From positions 1 to 42,020 of the forward strand of contig JBBCAX010000183.1 in the NCBI GenBank assembly GCA_051382335.1: a stretch of DNA of 42,020 nucleotides, read 5' to 3'. Source of the stretch: Deltaproteobacteria bacterium TL4. Lineage in GTDB: Bacteria; SAR324; NAC60-12. Position 1 is the stretch's first letter. The number at the start of each line of letters is the position of its first letter. The notes beneath the pieces were generated by a model that searched no databases, had not been told where the DNA came from, and saw only the letters and a program-made list of their open reading frames with translations. Positions 1 through 7,984 of the stretch are shown piece by piece. The translations under genes and the position numbers were made by a program.

Positions 1-72
1 AGGCCTGAAATTGTATGGAAATCAGGTCTAGTTTCAGGCCTGATTTCAATACCCGTGCATGAAATCAGGTTT
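1..72. repeat. Tandem palindromic units (AGGCCTGATTTCA / TGAAATCAGGT), probably the end of a repeat cluster cut by the window edge
   Basis: GAAATCAGGTCT (18-29) pairs with AGGCCTGATTTC (36-47). The same arms recur at 1-9 and 60-71. Confidence 0.55.
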
Positions 73-92
73 GTAGTCCCGCCTTTAGGCGG
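73..92 (+). repeat. GTAG-class REP hairpin
   Basis: GTAG-TC-CCGCCT-TT-AGGCGG: a GTAG tetranucleotide followed by a 6-bp GC-rich palindrome. Confidence 0.65.
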
Positions 93-96
93 AAAG

Positions 97-186
97 GTGT
101 GCCTGACATGGCACGAATCCAGGAGGTGGAAGTCCTCTCACCGCCCTGTTAGGAGGGAAGGTGTAGCCGAAACCAAGGGTGTCGGA
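97..186 (+). mobile_element. Truncated 5' end (domain I fragment) of a group II intron, IIC-like
   Basis: Begins GTGTG (GUGYG boundary)-CCTGACATGG, then a GAGG-TGGAAGT-CCTC stem and TAGCCGAAACCAAGGGTGTC, matching the motif order I recall for bacterial group II intron 5' ends. Starts 4 nt after a hairpin. No RT ORF follows. Confidence 0.65.
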
Positions 187-269
187 AGAAACTCAACTAT
201 GGAATGAGAATTAAATAACTTTCCCATTTGCTCTGGCCCTTCATTTTATCGGAATTTCACGATGGAGTA

Positions 270-334
270 GGAGTGCAAAAGCTTGCTTTTGCCCAACGCA
301 GGTCCTTTCTGGCAAAAGCAAGCTTTTGCACTCC
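270..334. repeat. GGAG-class REP doublet (24-bp perfect inverted repeat)
   Basis: GGAGTGCAAAAGCTTGCTTTTGCC (270-293) and its exact reverse complement (311-334). Each arm is itself near-palindromic. Confidence 0.85.
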
Positions 335-982
335 GTTCCTTGTCGATCGCAGACACCTAAACAAAAAAACGGCCATGTGTCTCAAGAGGGAAGTTATTTA
401 ATTCTCATTCCTAAGCTATCGACAATGAGTCCGGTCCGGTTTATAATAACCCAACAAAGTCAGCATCCTCTGTTAACCTTGTTTTCCAATGATCGTGAAA
501 AGGTGTTAACCCAGTTTCCAGAGTTTTATCAGGAACGTGGACTGTTTGAAGAGATCAGCAGGTACCTTTACCGTTTAATCGAGTATTATGGAATCATGGA
601 GTCGAATATGTATACTAAAGCAGATTTTTTAAGGGATAATCCCGATGTTCAATCCGTATCCGCCTTACTTTTCCCCAAAATCTATTATGAGGCCCTGGAA
701 AAAGGCATCGAAAAAGGTATTGAAAAAGGTATTGAAAAAGGCCGAGAAGAAGGCCGAGAAGAAGGAATTGAAAAAGGCCGAGAAGAAGGCCGAGAAGAAG
801 GCATCGAAAAAGGAATTGAAAAAGGAAAAATTATTTTATTGGGTCGGTTATTACGGAAAAAGTTTGGAGATCAAGCATATGATTTATATCAAAGTCAACT
901 CAATCAGTGTCGTTTAGAAGAAATTGAACTCTTGTTGGAACGTATAATAACCGCGACAAAAATCGAAGAGGTTTTCAATTAA
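326..982 (+). CDS. Rpn/YhgA-like or DUF4351-type protein with a GIEKG/GREEG repeat tail, probably 5'-truncated
   Basis: EKGIEKG/GREEG repeats followed by LLRKKFG...LEEIELLLERIITATKIEEVF, the typical C-terminus of these families. The TTG start lies inside the REP arm, so the true start is uncertain (ATG at 425, or a remnant). Confidence 0.6.
   Translation: MHSVPCRSQTPKQKNGHVSQEGSYLILIPKLSTMSPVRFIITQQSQHPLLTLFSNDREKVLTQFPEFYQERGLFEEISRYLYRLIEYYGIMESNMYTKADFLRDNPDVQSVSALLFPKIYYEALEKGIEKGIEKGIEKGREEGREEGIEKGREEGREEGIEKGIEKGKIILLGRLLRKKFGDQAYDLYQSQLNQCRLEEIELLLERIITATKIEEVFN
698..829 (+). repeat. 12-bp coding minisatellite, 11 units (GAA(A/G)AAGGN-NNN)
   Basis: Read directly; encodes EKGI/EKGR/EEGR/EEGI tetrapeptides. 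Confidence 0.9.
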
Positions 983-990
983 CTCGCTTA

Positions 991-1133
991 GGTGGCTGTC
1001 TGAGAATAGGTGATAAGCATAAGTAGGGTGCCGCTTAAGCGAAGCGAGCGCACCAGAAAGCAGCGGTCCCCTTCTTTGTGGTGCGCTCGCTTCGCTTAAG
1101 CGGCACCCTACAACCCCTTCTCGGACAGCCTCC
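991..1133. mobile_element. MITE-like element, shell family A, carrying a perfect 33-bp GTAG REP doublet
   Basis: Ends GGTGGCTGTCTGAGAA ... TTCTCGGACAGCCTCC are inverted. Internal GTAGGGTGCCGCTTAAGCGAAGCGAGCGCACCA (1023-1055) and its exact reverse complement (1079-1111). Confidence 0.8.
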
Positions 1134-1443
1134 ATAGATGTTCATTTAAATATATTCAGAAAACTCATCCTGTTGCGTGATCCGTTTAAACAACGCTGTT
1201 TCAGGAGTGCTTTGGCCAGAAAGGCGATGGCCTTTCTTTGGATTTGGCCAAAGTAAGCTTTGGTACTCCACAGTCTAGTACATAGTCAGCTTTTATTTTT
1301 CGGGTTCGGTAGGCTGGGATTACATGCCCAGCTTTTGCGAACGTTGTTTTTATCGGGCACGTAGTCCCGATCTACCACAAATTTAAAGGCTGACAGTGTA
1401 CTAGGTTAGACTCAAATGAATTTATTTAAATGAACGTCTATAG
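1134..1443. mobile_element. MITE-like element, shell family B, with GGAG REP cargo and a nested insertion
   Basis: TIRs ATAGATGTTCATTTAAATA ... TATTTAAATGAACGTCTATAG. Aligns along its length, inverted, to 17593-17777 except for the 1275-1404 insert. Confidence 0.85.
1275..1404. mobile_element. Nested MITE-like element, shell family C, carrying a GTAG REP doublet
   Basis: CTAGTACATAGTCAGCTTTTA vs the reverse complement of the right end CTAGTACACTGTCAGCCTTTA (18/21). Internal GTAGGCTGGGATTACATGCCCAGC (from 1309) and ATCGGGCACGTAGTCCCGATCTAC (to 1375). Confidence 0.8.
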
Positions 1444-1511
1444 CTTGTATCACGAGCTGTGGAATCTTTCAAAGTGATGTTTTCGTGCAACCTGTGGATC
1501 ACGGCGATAAG

Positions 1512-1614
1512 TATAGTTGTCCAGATAAATTCCTGCTGGGAGCGCAGGCGTCCCGCCTGCTTTTGTGGGCAAGATGCCCGCGTTCCCAGGACAAAACTTT
1601 TCTGGAGAAGTATA
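1512..1614. mobile_element. MITE-like element, shell family D, carrying a CTGGGAG-class REP doublet
   Basis: TATAGTTGTCCAGATAA ... TTTTCTGGAGAAGTATA. Core CTGGGAGCGCAGGCGTCCCGCCTGCTTTTGTGGGCAAGATGCCCGCGTTCCCAG is almost identical to the core at 21608-21661. Confidence 0.75.
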
Positions 1615-1686
1615 ATTGTTGCATAGAGTTCCTCAAATATTGTATTAGAAAAGCAAGCGCAATTTTTAACCCTAACAACAGGAGGG

Positions 1687-2313
1687 ATGATGAACGCTAT
1701 CACACGTTGGATTGTAGGTTTGATCTCAAAAATTGTTGCCCACCTGGATACTCAGGTGGTCGCGGGAACAATAAGTGGATTATTGCGGGAAAACCCCAAC
1801 TTCATATCAGACCTGGTTGGTGTGATCGACCCTGAGCCTATTGCCCGATCGGTAAATATCTTACTCAATGAAAATCCCAATTTCGTGCCTCAGATTGTAG
1901 GGGGTCTGGATACTAAAGTCCTGGCCCATTCTGTGGGAACTCTGTTACAACTGCACCCGGATTTTATTCCGGAGTTGATGAGCAATTTGGATATGACCAT
2001 GATCGCTCAATCTGTGAATCATGTCTTAAAAGGGAACCCCGATTTTATCGCACAGCTCGTCAAAAGTCTTGACCCGCAACCCATTGCCAATGCTCTGAAT
2101 ATTTCAAATCAAACAAACCCCAGATTTATTTCTGAAATCGTGAAGCACCTGAAAACTGAGTTCCTTGCTCAATCTTTGAATCTGGTCTTGGAGGCTCAGC
2201 CTGAGTTTTTAGGCGAAATCATCAAAGATTTAAATAAAAAAGCCTTGGCTAAAACGATTCAGATCCTGGATCAAAAGAATCCCAACCTTCGCCAAGAGTT
2301 AGAGCTCATATAA
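1687..2313 (+). CDS. Hypothetical protein built from about seven 27-aa tandem helical repeats
   Basis: GGAGG Shine-Dalgarno directly upstream. NPNF/HPDF/NPDF/NPRF/QPEF/NPNL recur every 27 aa. Confidence 0.85.
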   Translation: MMNAITRWIVGLISKIVAHLDTQVVAGTISGLLRENPNFISDLVGVIDPEPIARSVNILLNENPNFVPQIVGGLDTKVLAHSVGTLLQLHPDFIPELMSNLDMTMIAQSVNHVLKGNPDFIAQLVKSLDPQPIANALNISNQTNPRFISEIVKHLKTEFLAQSLNLVLEAQPEFLGEIIKDLNKKALAKTIQILDQKNPNLRQELELI

Positions 2314-2322
2314 ACAGTTTTT

Positions 2323-2358
2323 GTGTTGCGCCCCTGCTTCACGTAAGCGACACGCTAC
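2323..2358 (-). repeat. Single degenerate GTAG REP between convergent genes
   Basis: Minus strand GTAGCGTGTCGCTTACGTGAAGCAGGGGCGCAACAC resembles the 1023-1055 REP. Confidence 0.6.
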
Positions 2359-4055
2359 ATGGATTTGCTGAGTGTTTGGCTCCACGTCAAAAAGGATTGA
2401 CAGGATGAAGGGAGAGGAACTTGGTTTTTTTTCAAGTAGGAAAAGAGAAATTCTCTTAAAGAGACCGTCTGGCGTGTGAGCCATGGGGATGAAGGTAATA
2501 AGGCTTTGCCGGCAAGTCCTGCTCCTCCATTCCAATGATAATTAGTCATCCAAACCGCATAACTTTCTTGACGAAAGAGTTTGATGTCGGGAGGAATTTG
2601 GGATTGCTTCGCATTGTTTTGAAGGGAGGCCATCCCGTTTTGCTCAAAACCTCCAGGATAGAGCCAGGCGTTGAAATGGTAAAATTGACCTTTTTTTTGC
2701 CTGAAATAGTGTTCCAGCAGTATCTCAATTTGTCTTCCATAGAGCTGAACCCGCACCAATTCATTGTCGTAGGGGATCCATCGGAAAAGGTGACGGCGTT
2801 TCAAGGGCTTTCCAAACTCATCTTCGGAAATGAATTCCCATCGCCAACCTGAGGGTAACAGGGAATAGGGGGACTCCGGGTTTGATTCAGTAACCGCCTT
2901 GTGAGTCAGCAGTTGACCACAGGATTCAAACAACGCTTTAGTGGGGGCACGTGTGATAACGACCTCAGAAGGACTGTCTAAATAATGCTCCATTTGTTCC
3001 AATTGAGGTGCTAAGGGTGTAATTATTTGAGAGTCTATCTGAGTGGCGGGCAGGTATTCGTAGGTTGAGCGTTTCAAAACCCAGCGTTGCTGTTTTGCTG
3101 TCAGGAATAGCCGGACCACACTGAGGCCTTCGCCCTGACTCCCCGGGGAGACAAGGGGGGTTCGATAATGGGGCAGTTTGGATGTTTTCGTATGGGGATA
3201 GGTGCGATGAGCATGCCCTGAGATAATCAAATCAAAGCCTTCCAGATAATCGGCGATATCTCCTGCCGCATTAGGCAGAGGGATTCCTCGGATTTGCGCA
3301 TTTTGTTGATCATAATTCCTCTGTGCGCCACTATGAAAAAGGCCAATCAGAACATCCACTTTTTCTTGTTGTCGTAAAACGGTGATCCATGTTTTGGCAG
3401 TTTGAACCATGTCCTCAAACTGTAAACCTTTCCAATGCTCAGGATCAATCCATAACGGAATGCCTGGTGTGGTTAAGCCCAAAATACCAACCCGGACTCC
3501 AGCACGTTCGATGATCTGGTAAGGAGGAAGAAACAGAGAGCCGTCCTGCTGAGTGACATTGGCTGCCAGCCAGGGAAAGTTTGAATCATGAATCGCTTTT
3601 TTAAGTCTGGGAGGTGCTTCCAAATCGTGATTCCCCAACGTTACCGCATCGTATCGCAGTTGATTCATCAATTGAATAATCGGCAGAGCCTGGGGTGATT
3701 GAAATGATTCAGCATACGAGGTTGTGGGATCGCCCTGGATGATATCGCCACCGTCCAGTAAAATGAGCGGGAAACCTTCCTGTCGGAGTTTTTGAATTGA
3801 GAGACTGAGGTGAGCCAGTCCTTGGGATCGTTTCGGAAAAACGGATTTCATGGTGATCCAACCATGCAGATCGGACGTTATGGCAAGGGTTAGTTGAACT
3901 TGAGTCTTTGGCGGAGCGGCAAGTGCGGCGCGAGTTTTGATGGAAAAGTTTTCGGACAGACCGGAAGGCTTCCATGAGTACCAAGGAGAGGAATTGGATT
4001 CGGATTGACAGGCAACAAGCAACCAACAAATTCCTAAAAAGATTCCCGTTCGCAT
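2355..4055 (-). CDS. Bifunctional metallophosphoesterase/5'-nucleotidase (CpdB/UshA family), lipoprotein
   Basis: Motifs TSDLHG, DGGDIIQGDP, GNHD, HSG, GHAH. Lipobox LLVAC. Confidence 0.9.
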   Translation of the reverse strand: MRTGIFLGICWLLVACQSESNSSPWYSWKPSGLSENFSIKTRAALAAPPKTQVQLTLAITSDLHGWITMKSVFPKRSQGLAHLSLSIQKLRQEGFPLILLDGGDIIQGDPTTSYAESFQSPQALPIIQLMNQLRYDAVTLGNHDLEAPPRLKKAIHDSNFPWLAANVTQQDGSLFLPPYQIIERAGVRVGILGLTTPGIPLWIDPEHWKGLQFEDMVQTAKTWITVLRQQEKVDVLIGLFHSGAQRNYDQQNAQIRGIPLPNAAGDIADYLEGFDLIISGHAHRTYPHTKTSKLPHYRTPLVSPGSQGEGLSVVRLFLTAKQQRWVLKRSTYEYLPATQIDSQIITPLAPQLEQMEHYLDSPSEVVITRAPTKALFESCGQLLTHKAVTESNPESPYSLLPSGWRWEFISEDEFGKPLKRRHLFRWIPYDNELVRVQLYGRQIEILLEHYFRQKKGQFYHFNAWLYPGGFEQNGMASLQNNAKQSQIPPDIKLFRQESYAVWMTNYHWNGGAGLAGKALLPSSPWLTRQTVSLREFLFSYLKKNQVPLPSSCQSFLTWSQTLSKSM

Positions 4056-4056
4056 A

Positions 4057-6297
4057 TCAAGACATTAAAGACGCAGGAAGTTCGATCGTGAAGCAGGCAC
4101 CTCCGTTTTCAGGAGTCTTATGGCGCACATACCCATTGTGATCCAAAATAATTTGACTGACAATGGTTAAACCTAATCCTGTTCCCTGTTTTTTAGTGGT
4201 GGCATAAGGTTCAAACAGACGATCCAGAATCACAGGAGACACTCCTGGACCAGAGTCAATGACATCTATCCGAGCTAATTTGAGTTCCTCATTATATTGG
4301 GTACGAATGGTGATTAGACCTTCTTTGCCTACAGCCGAAGAGGCATTATCCACCAAGTTGATGAAGACCCGCTTGATTTGCTCGCGGTCCAAAGAGAGGC
4401 GTGGCATGTTTTCGTCCAACTCCAGCGTTAATTTAACTTTGGAAGGCAGTGCATTTTGGTAGAGTTGAGCCACTTCTTTAATCACAGCAATCAAGTTTTC
4501 AGGCTGGGGATTACATTCAGGAAGTCTCGCAAAATTTGAAAATTCACTCACCATCCTTTTCAACTGTTCCACTTCACGAATGATGGTGGTCGTGGCCTGA
4601 TCAAAGGCTGGCTCCTCATGAACCAATTGGGCATATTTGCGACGAATTCTTTCCGCGGATAGCTGAATCGGGGTGAGGGGGTTTTTTATTTCATGAGCAA
4701 TGCGACGTGCGACTTCCCGCCAGGCCTGCGCTCGTTGAAGACGTTGGAGCTCGGTCACATTTTCATAAACAGCAATCATGCCAACGGAATCGCCCTTACG
4801 GTTACGGAGCATCAGCATGGTAATGACGATCAGGGTCGGGCGATTTTGCTTGGCAATGGTGATATTTTGGGAAATAAACCGTCCTTGGGTTTTGCAAATC
4901 TTTTGAAACAACACTTCAAAGATATCCAGCGATTCCTCCGCTAAAACATCGGCGTAATGCATGCCAGAGTAGTTACTGGTTTTCAACTGTAATAAATTTT
5001 TTGCCGCACGGTTAAGGCTGTTGACTCGACCTTCCAGATCTAAAGAAATGACTCCTGTTTTGATGTTTTCCAGGACCAACTCGATAAAGCGTGTGTGTTC
5101 TTCCAAGGTTCTATGACTATTTTGAAGGTATTCGGTTGTTTTATCCAGAACCACTTGTTTTTCCAGCAATTGACGGCTCATGGAGTTGAAGGATTCGACT
5201 AACAGCGCAAAATCCTTATCTAAATGCATCTGCTCCGTAGGGACCTGATACCCCAACTCGCCTTCCGCAACCCGTTTTGTCGCCAGTGCCAAGCGTTCAA
5301 TAGGGCGGACAAAGCCTCTCGCCAGGTAAAAAGCAAGCCAGGTGGCGACAAAGACAATGCTTAAGGTCATGAACATGAAAATAACTATATAGTAACGTTT
5401 TACCAAGTCTTCCGATTCAGAAAAAATGCGAGTGTCATATTCTTGCTGCACAATTTCATTAACTGCCCCTGTCAGAACCCTGTTTTCCGGTAGGCATATT
5501 TCCAGGACATAAGGCTGTCTCTCTATTTTTATGTTTTTCAGAAAGCGATAAAGAAACCGTTCGGGGGCTTCTTTACGCAACCACACGGAAGGGGTATTAT
5601 CTATTTGATTCCATTCGCTTTTGGTCAGAGGTTTCCAGTGTTGTTGCGCTTTGTTGGTTTGCAATAAAAGGAACAATACCTCGTGGTTGTGTTGGTAAAT
5701 GATGATGCCTTCCCCCACTTCTTCTGTAAACAATTGCTTCATGGCTTCAGGATCTTTCAGCAAATCGGGTTGTTGTTTCAGATTATTTTCAACAGTCCAG
5801 CTTTGTAGTCTTAAAATGGATTTTAAGTTACGCTGATAGGCCTCAGAGACCGTTCTTGCGTTGTAAACCACTGTCTCATGTTGACCGGCCAACCAGGTTT
5901 CCAAGGTTGAGGAAATAAAGCTGCTGGCAAATAAATGAAAAACAGTCGCTGGTAACGCCAGGAACAGAAAGGCAATAATGAGTTTGGTTTTTAAATTAAC
6001 ACCAATGACGTGTTGATTTCGTTCAAAGGCGAGTTTGAGGAGGTTTCTCAACAGGACGTAAAAAACCAGGACCAGAAGAATAATTTGAACATTAATGGCC
6101 ACAAAAACACTGAGCTGGGAGCTGCTGACACTGCTCCAGTTCGCCATCCCGTGCTGAAAATCAAAATAGAGCAGGAAAAAAATGAGAAAAAGGAGTAAAA
6201 CCGAAGCCAAAATCCGGCTTCGATTTCGGGGATCTGATTCTATAAACGCGCTGAAATTGCGTCGTACCTTGAGGAACCAGGGCAACCGTTGGGACAT
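4057..6297 (-). CDS. ntrY: NtrY-like sensor histidine kinase (TM-HAMP-PAS-HisKA-HATPase)
   Basis: AWREVARRIAHEIKNPLTPIQLSAERIRRKY H-box, HAMP (PIERLALATKRVAEGEL), PAS, GTGLGL. Confidence 0.85.
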   Translation of the reverse strand: MSQRLPWFLKVRRNFSAFIESDPRNRSRILASVLLLFLIFFLLYFDFQHGMANWSSVSSSQLSVFVAINVQIILLVLVFYVLLRNLLKLAFERNQHVIGVNLKTKLIIAFLFLALPATVFHLFASSFISSTLETWLAGQHETVVYNARTVSEAYQRNLKSILRLQSWTVENNLKQQPDLLKDPEAMKQLFTEEVGEGIIIYQHNHEVLFLLLQTNKAQQHWKPLTKSEWNQIDNTPSVWLRKEAPERFLYRFLKNIKIERQPYVLEICLPENRVLTGAVNEIVQQEYDTRIFSESEDLVKRYYIVIFMFMTLSIVFVATWLAFYLARGFVRPIERLALATKRVAEGELGYQVPTEQMHLDKDFALLVESFNSMSRQLLEKQVVLDKTTEYLQNSHRTLEEHTRFIELVLENIKTGVISLDLEGRVNSLNRAAKNLLQLKTSNYSGMHYADVLAEESLDIFEVLFQKICKTQGRFISQNITIAKQNRPTLIVITMLMLRNRKGDSVGMIAVYENVTELQRLQRAQAWREVARRIAHEIKNPLTPIQLSAERIRRKYAQLVHEEPAFDQATTTIIREVEQLKRMVSEFSNFARLPECNPQPENLIAVIKEVAQLYQNALPSKVKLTLELDENMPRLSLDREQIKRVFINLVDNASSAVGKEGLITIRTQYNEELKLARIDVIDSGPGVSPVILDRLFEPYATTKKQGTGLGLTIVSQIILDHNGYVRHKTPENGGACFTIELPASLMS

Positions 6298-6303
6298 GAT
6301 TAC

Positions 6304-6756
6304 TTAAGGAGTTTGCAGTGATTTATAATAATCTCCTTTGTTTTTATGCGCCTTAGGGTCGACTTTATAATCCTCACTATGTTTCACCAGGAGTTGATTG
6401 GCGTTAAATACATTATTCGCGACTTGCCCCTCAATTACAACACCTTGTCCTTCTTTGAACATGTCCGGTTTGACGCCTTGATAGACGACGGGTAAGACAC
6501 TTTTACCATCTTCGGTCACATTAAAGCTCAAGCGCAGATTCTGAGCATCCCAATTAACACTGCCTTTCTGAACCAGGGCACCGACACGTATCGTTTTATT
6601 CGCGAAATCATTCGGCGCGGCCAGGATTTCTTGAGGTGTATAGAAAAACACTGTGGCTTCCTGCAAACCGACGATTGATAAGCCTGTCAATACTCCAAAG
6701 ATAATCAGTCCCCCAATGATAAATTTATAACGTGATTTCATGAGTTCTGTCTCCAT
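6304..6756 (-). CDS. ccmE: Cytochrome c maturation heme chaperone CcmE
   Basis: FFYTPQE, IRVGALV, PDMFKEGQGVVIEG, heme-binding KHSEDY (HxxxY). Confidence 0.95.
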   Translation of the reverse strand: METELMKSRYKFIIGGLIIFGVLTGLSIVGLQEATVFFYTPQEILAAPNDFANKTIRVGALVQKGSVNWDAQNLRLSFNVTEDGKSVLPVVYQGVKPDMFKEGQGVVIEGQVANNVFNANQLLVKHSEDYKVDPKAHKNKGDYYKSLQTP

Positions 6757-6786
6757 TTTAAAATTAGTTCAGAGTGAAGCAGTGGT

Positions 6787-6921
6787 TCACTTTTTTTGTT
6801 GAAAAGCCTCTAAAGCTTGCGTGTGCTGTTTGAGTTTCGAGCGTAACATGGGAATATAGATGACAAACGCGAGGAGCCAAACCGCATAACAGGTTACGAC
6901 AAAGCCTAAATTCATGGGCAT
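6787..6921 (-). CDS. ccmD: Heme exporter protein CcmD (44 aa, not in ORF track)
   Basis: Translates MPMNLGFVVTCYAVWLLAFVIYIPMLRSKLKQHTQALEAFQQKK*: one TM helix with Tyr plus a charged tail, lying between ccmC and ccmE. Confidence 0.8.
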   Translation of the reverse strand: MPMNLGFVVTCYAVWLLAFVIYIPMLRSKLKQHTQALEAFQQKK

Positions 6922-6942
6922 AAGTATTCTCCGATAAAGTAA

Positions 6943-7638
6943 TTATTGCCCTTCTTTCCGTTCAGCAAGAGCGAGTTGAAGTTCATGATGCTTTTGTTCC
7001 ACTTGAAGTCGGAAAACCAAGAGGAAAACGTAAAAAAGAAAAAAAACAGCCAGTGAGGTCAGCAACGGATATAACAACTCTGGCGGCATTGAGGGCTTGG
7101 CTTGTCCTGCTTCAACTTTGAACATTGTCGTTGGTTGGTGAAGAGTCCGCCACCATTTTACCGATTGATGAATGATAGGAATGTCCAGAAATCCGATGAT
7201 GGCAAGGACTGCGGAAAAGCGTGCTTCTTTTTCATGATCGGTGGAAAACATACGGAGCAAAATATAGCCTGCGAAGATTAAAAACAAAAGCAGCGTTGTG
7301 GTTAAACGAGCATCCCAAACCCAATAGGTCCCCCAGGTTGGTTTTCCCCAGATTGCGCCTGTGATCAAAACCAACGCACAGAAAATCAAACCAATCTCTA
7401 CCGATGAACGTGCGATTTGGTCAAAAAGCAGATCCCGTTTCCAAAGGTAAGCGATACTGCATGTAAATGAAACGAAAAAGGCAAGATAGGTCACCAGAAC
7501 AGAAGGCAAGTGGAGATACATAATCTTCTGAATGAAGCCCATTTCTGATTCAACAGGGGTGAATTGGAAGATCCAAACCCCGCAAATGATTAACCCCAAG
7601 TAGGAGCCATATTCTAAAAACGGTAACCATTTTTTCAT
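6943..7638 (-). CDS. ccmC: Heme exporter protein CcmC
   Basis: WWD motif WGKPTWGTYWVWDARLT, conserved His in YLHLP and WWRTLHQP. Confidence 0.95.
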   Translation of the reverse strand: MKKWLPFLEYGSYLGLIICGVWIFQFTPVESEMGFIQKIMYLHLPSVLVTYLAFFVSFTCSIAYLWKRDLLFDQIARSSVEIGLIFCALVLITGAIWGKPTWGTYWVWDARLTTTLLLFLIFAGYILLRMFSTDHEKEARFSAVLAIIGFLDIPIIHQSVKWWRTLHQPTTMFKVEAGQAKPSMPPELLYPLLTSLAVFFLFYVFLLVFRLQVEQKHHELQLALAERKEGQ

Positions 7639-7984
7639 TTTATTGTAACCTTTCTTTTAGAGGTACTACCAGCTATATAGTTTCTGAACGTGTCTCAACT
7701 TTTTAGAAATGCTTATTTTTTTAAGCGGGATATTGCGCTGATTTTATTCACAAGAATCAAAGAAGCTGAAAATTTGTTTTGTTGATTTGAGAAGACTCAG
7801 GCAAAATAAAGTCTCACAAGTTCCACGAATCTTACATTCAAAAATAAGACTCTCCCTTAAAAAGTCGAGTTAAAACTACGTATTTCAGGTGATAGCTCGA
7901 TTAAAAATCTCAATGAATCGGTTTCCTTTTCTTTCTTGTGAGGAGGATGAGAGCCTTGATATAAATACTCATTCTACAGAGGTC

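Noticed and set aside
645..917. Lys/Ala-rich histone-like ORF (KKAEKK repeats)
   Set aside because: Alternative-frame reading of the 12-bp minisatellite in the 326-982 gene.
914..1835. ORFs 914-1135, 1422-1703 and 1485-1835
   Set aside because: They run through REP/MITE palindromes and show no protein-like features.
7639..7984. SOS/LexA box upstream of uvrA, and a possible shell-D remnant at about 7676-7715
   Set aside because: No convincing palindrome for a LexA box. The TIR similarity is too short and AT-rich to support.
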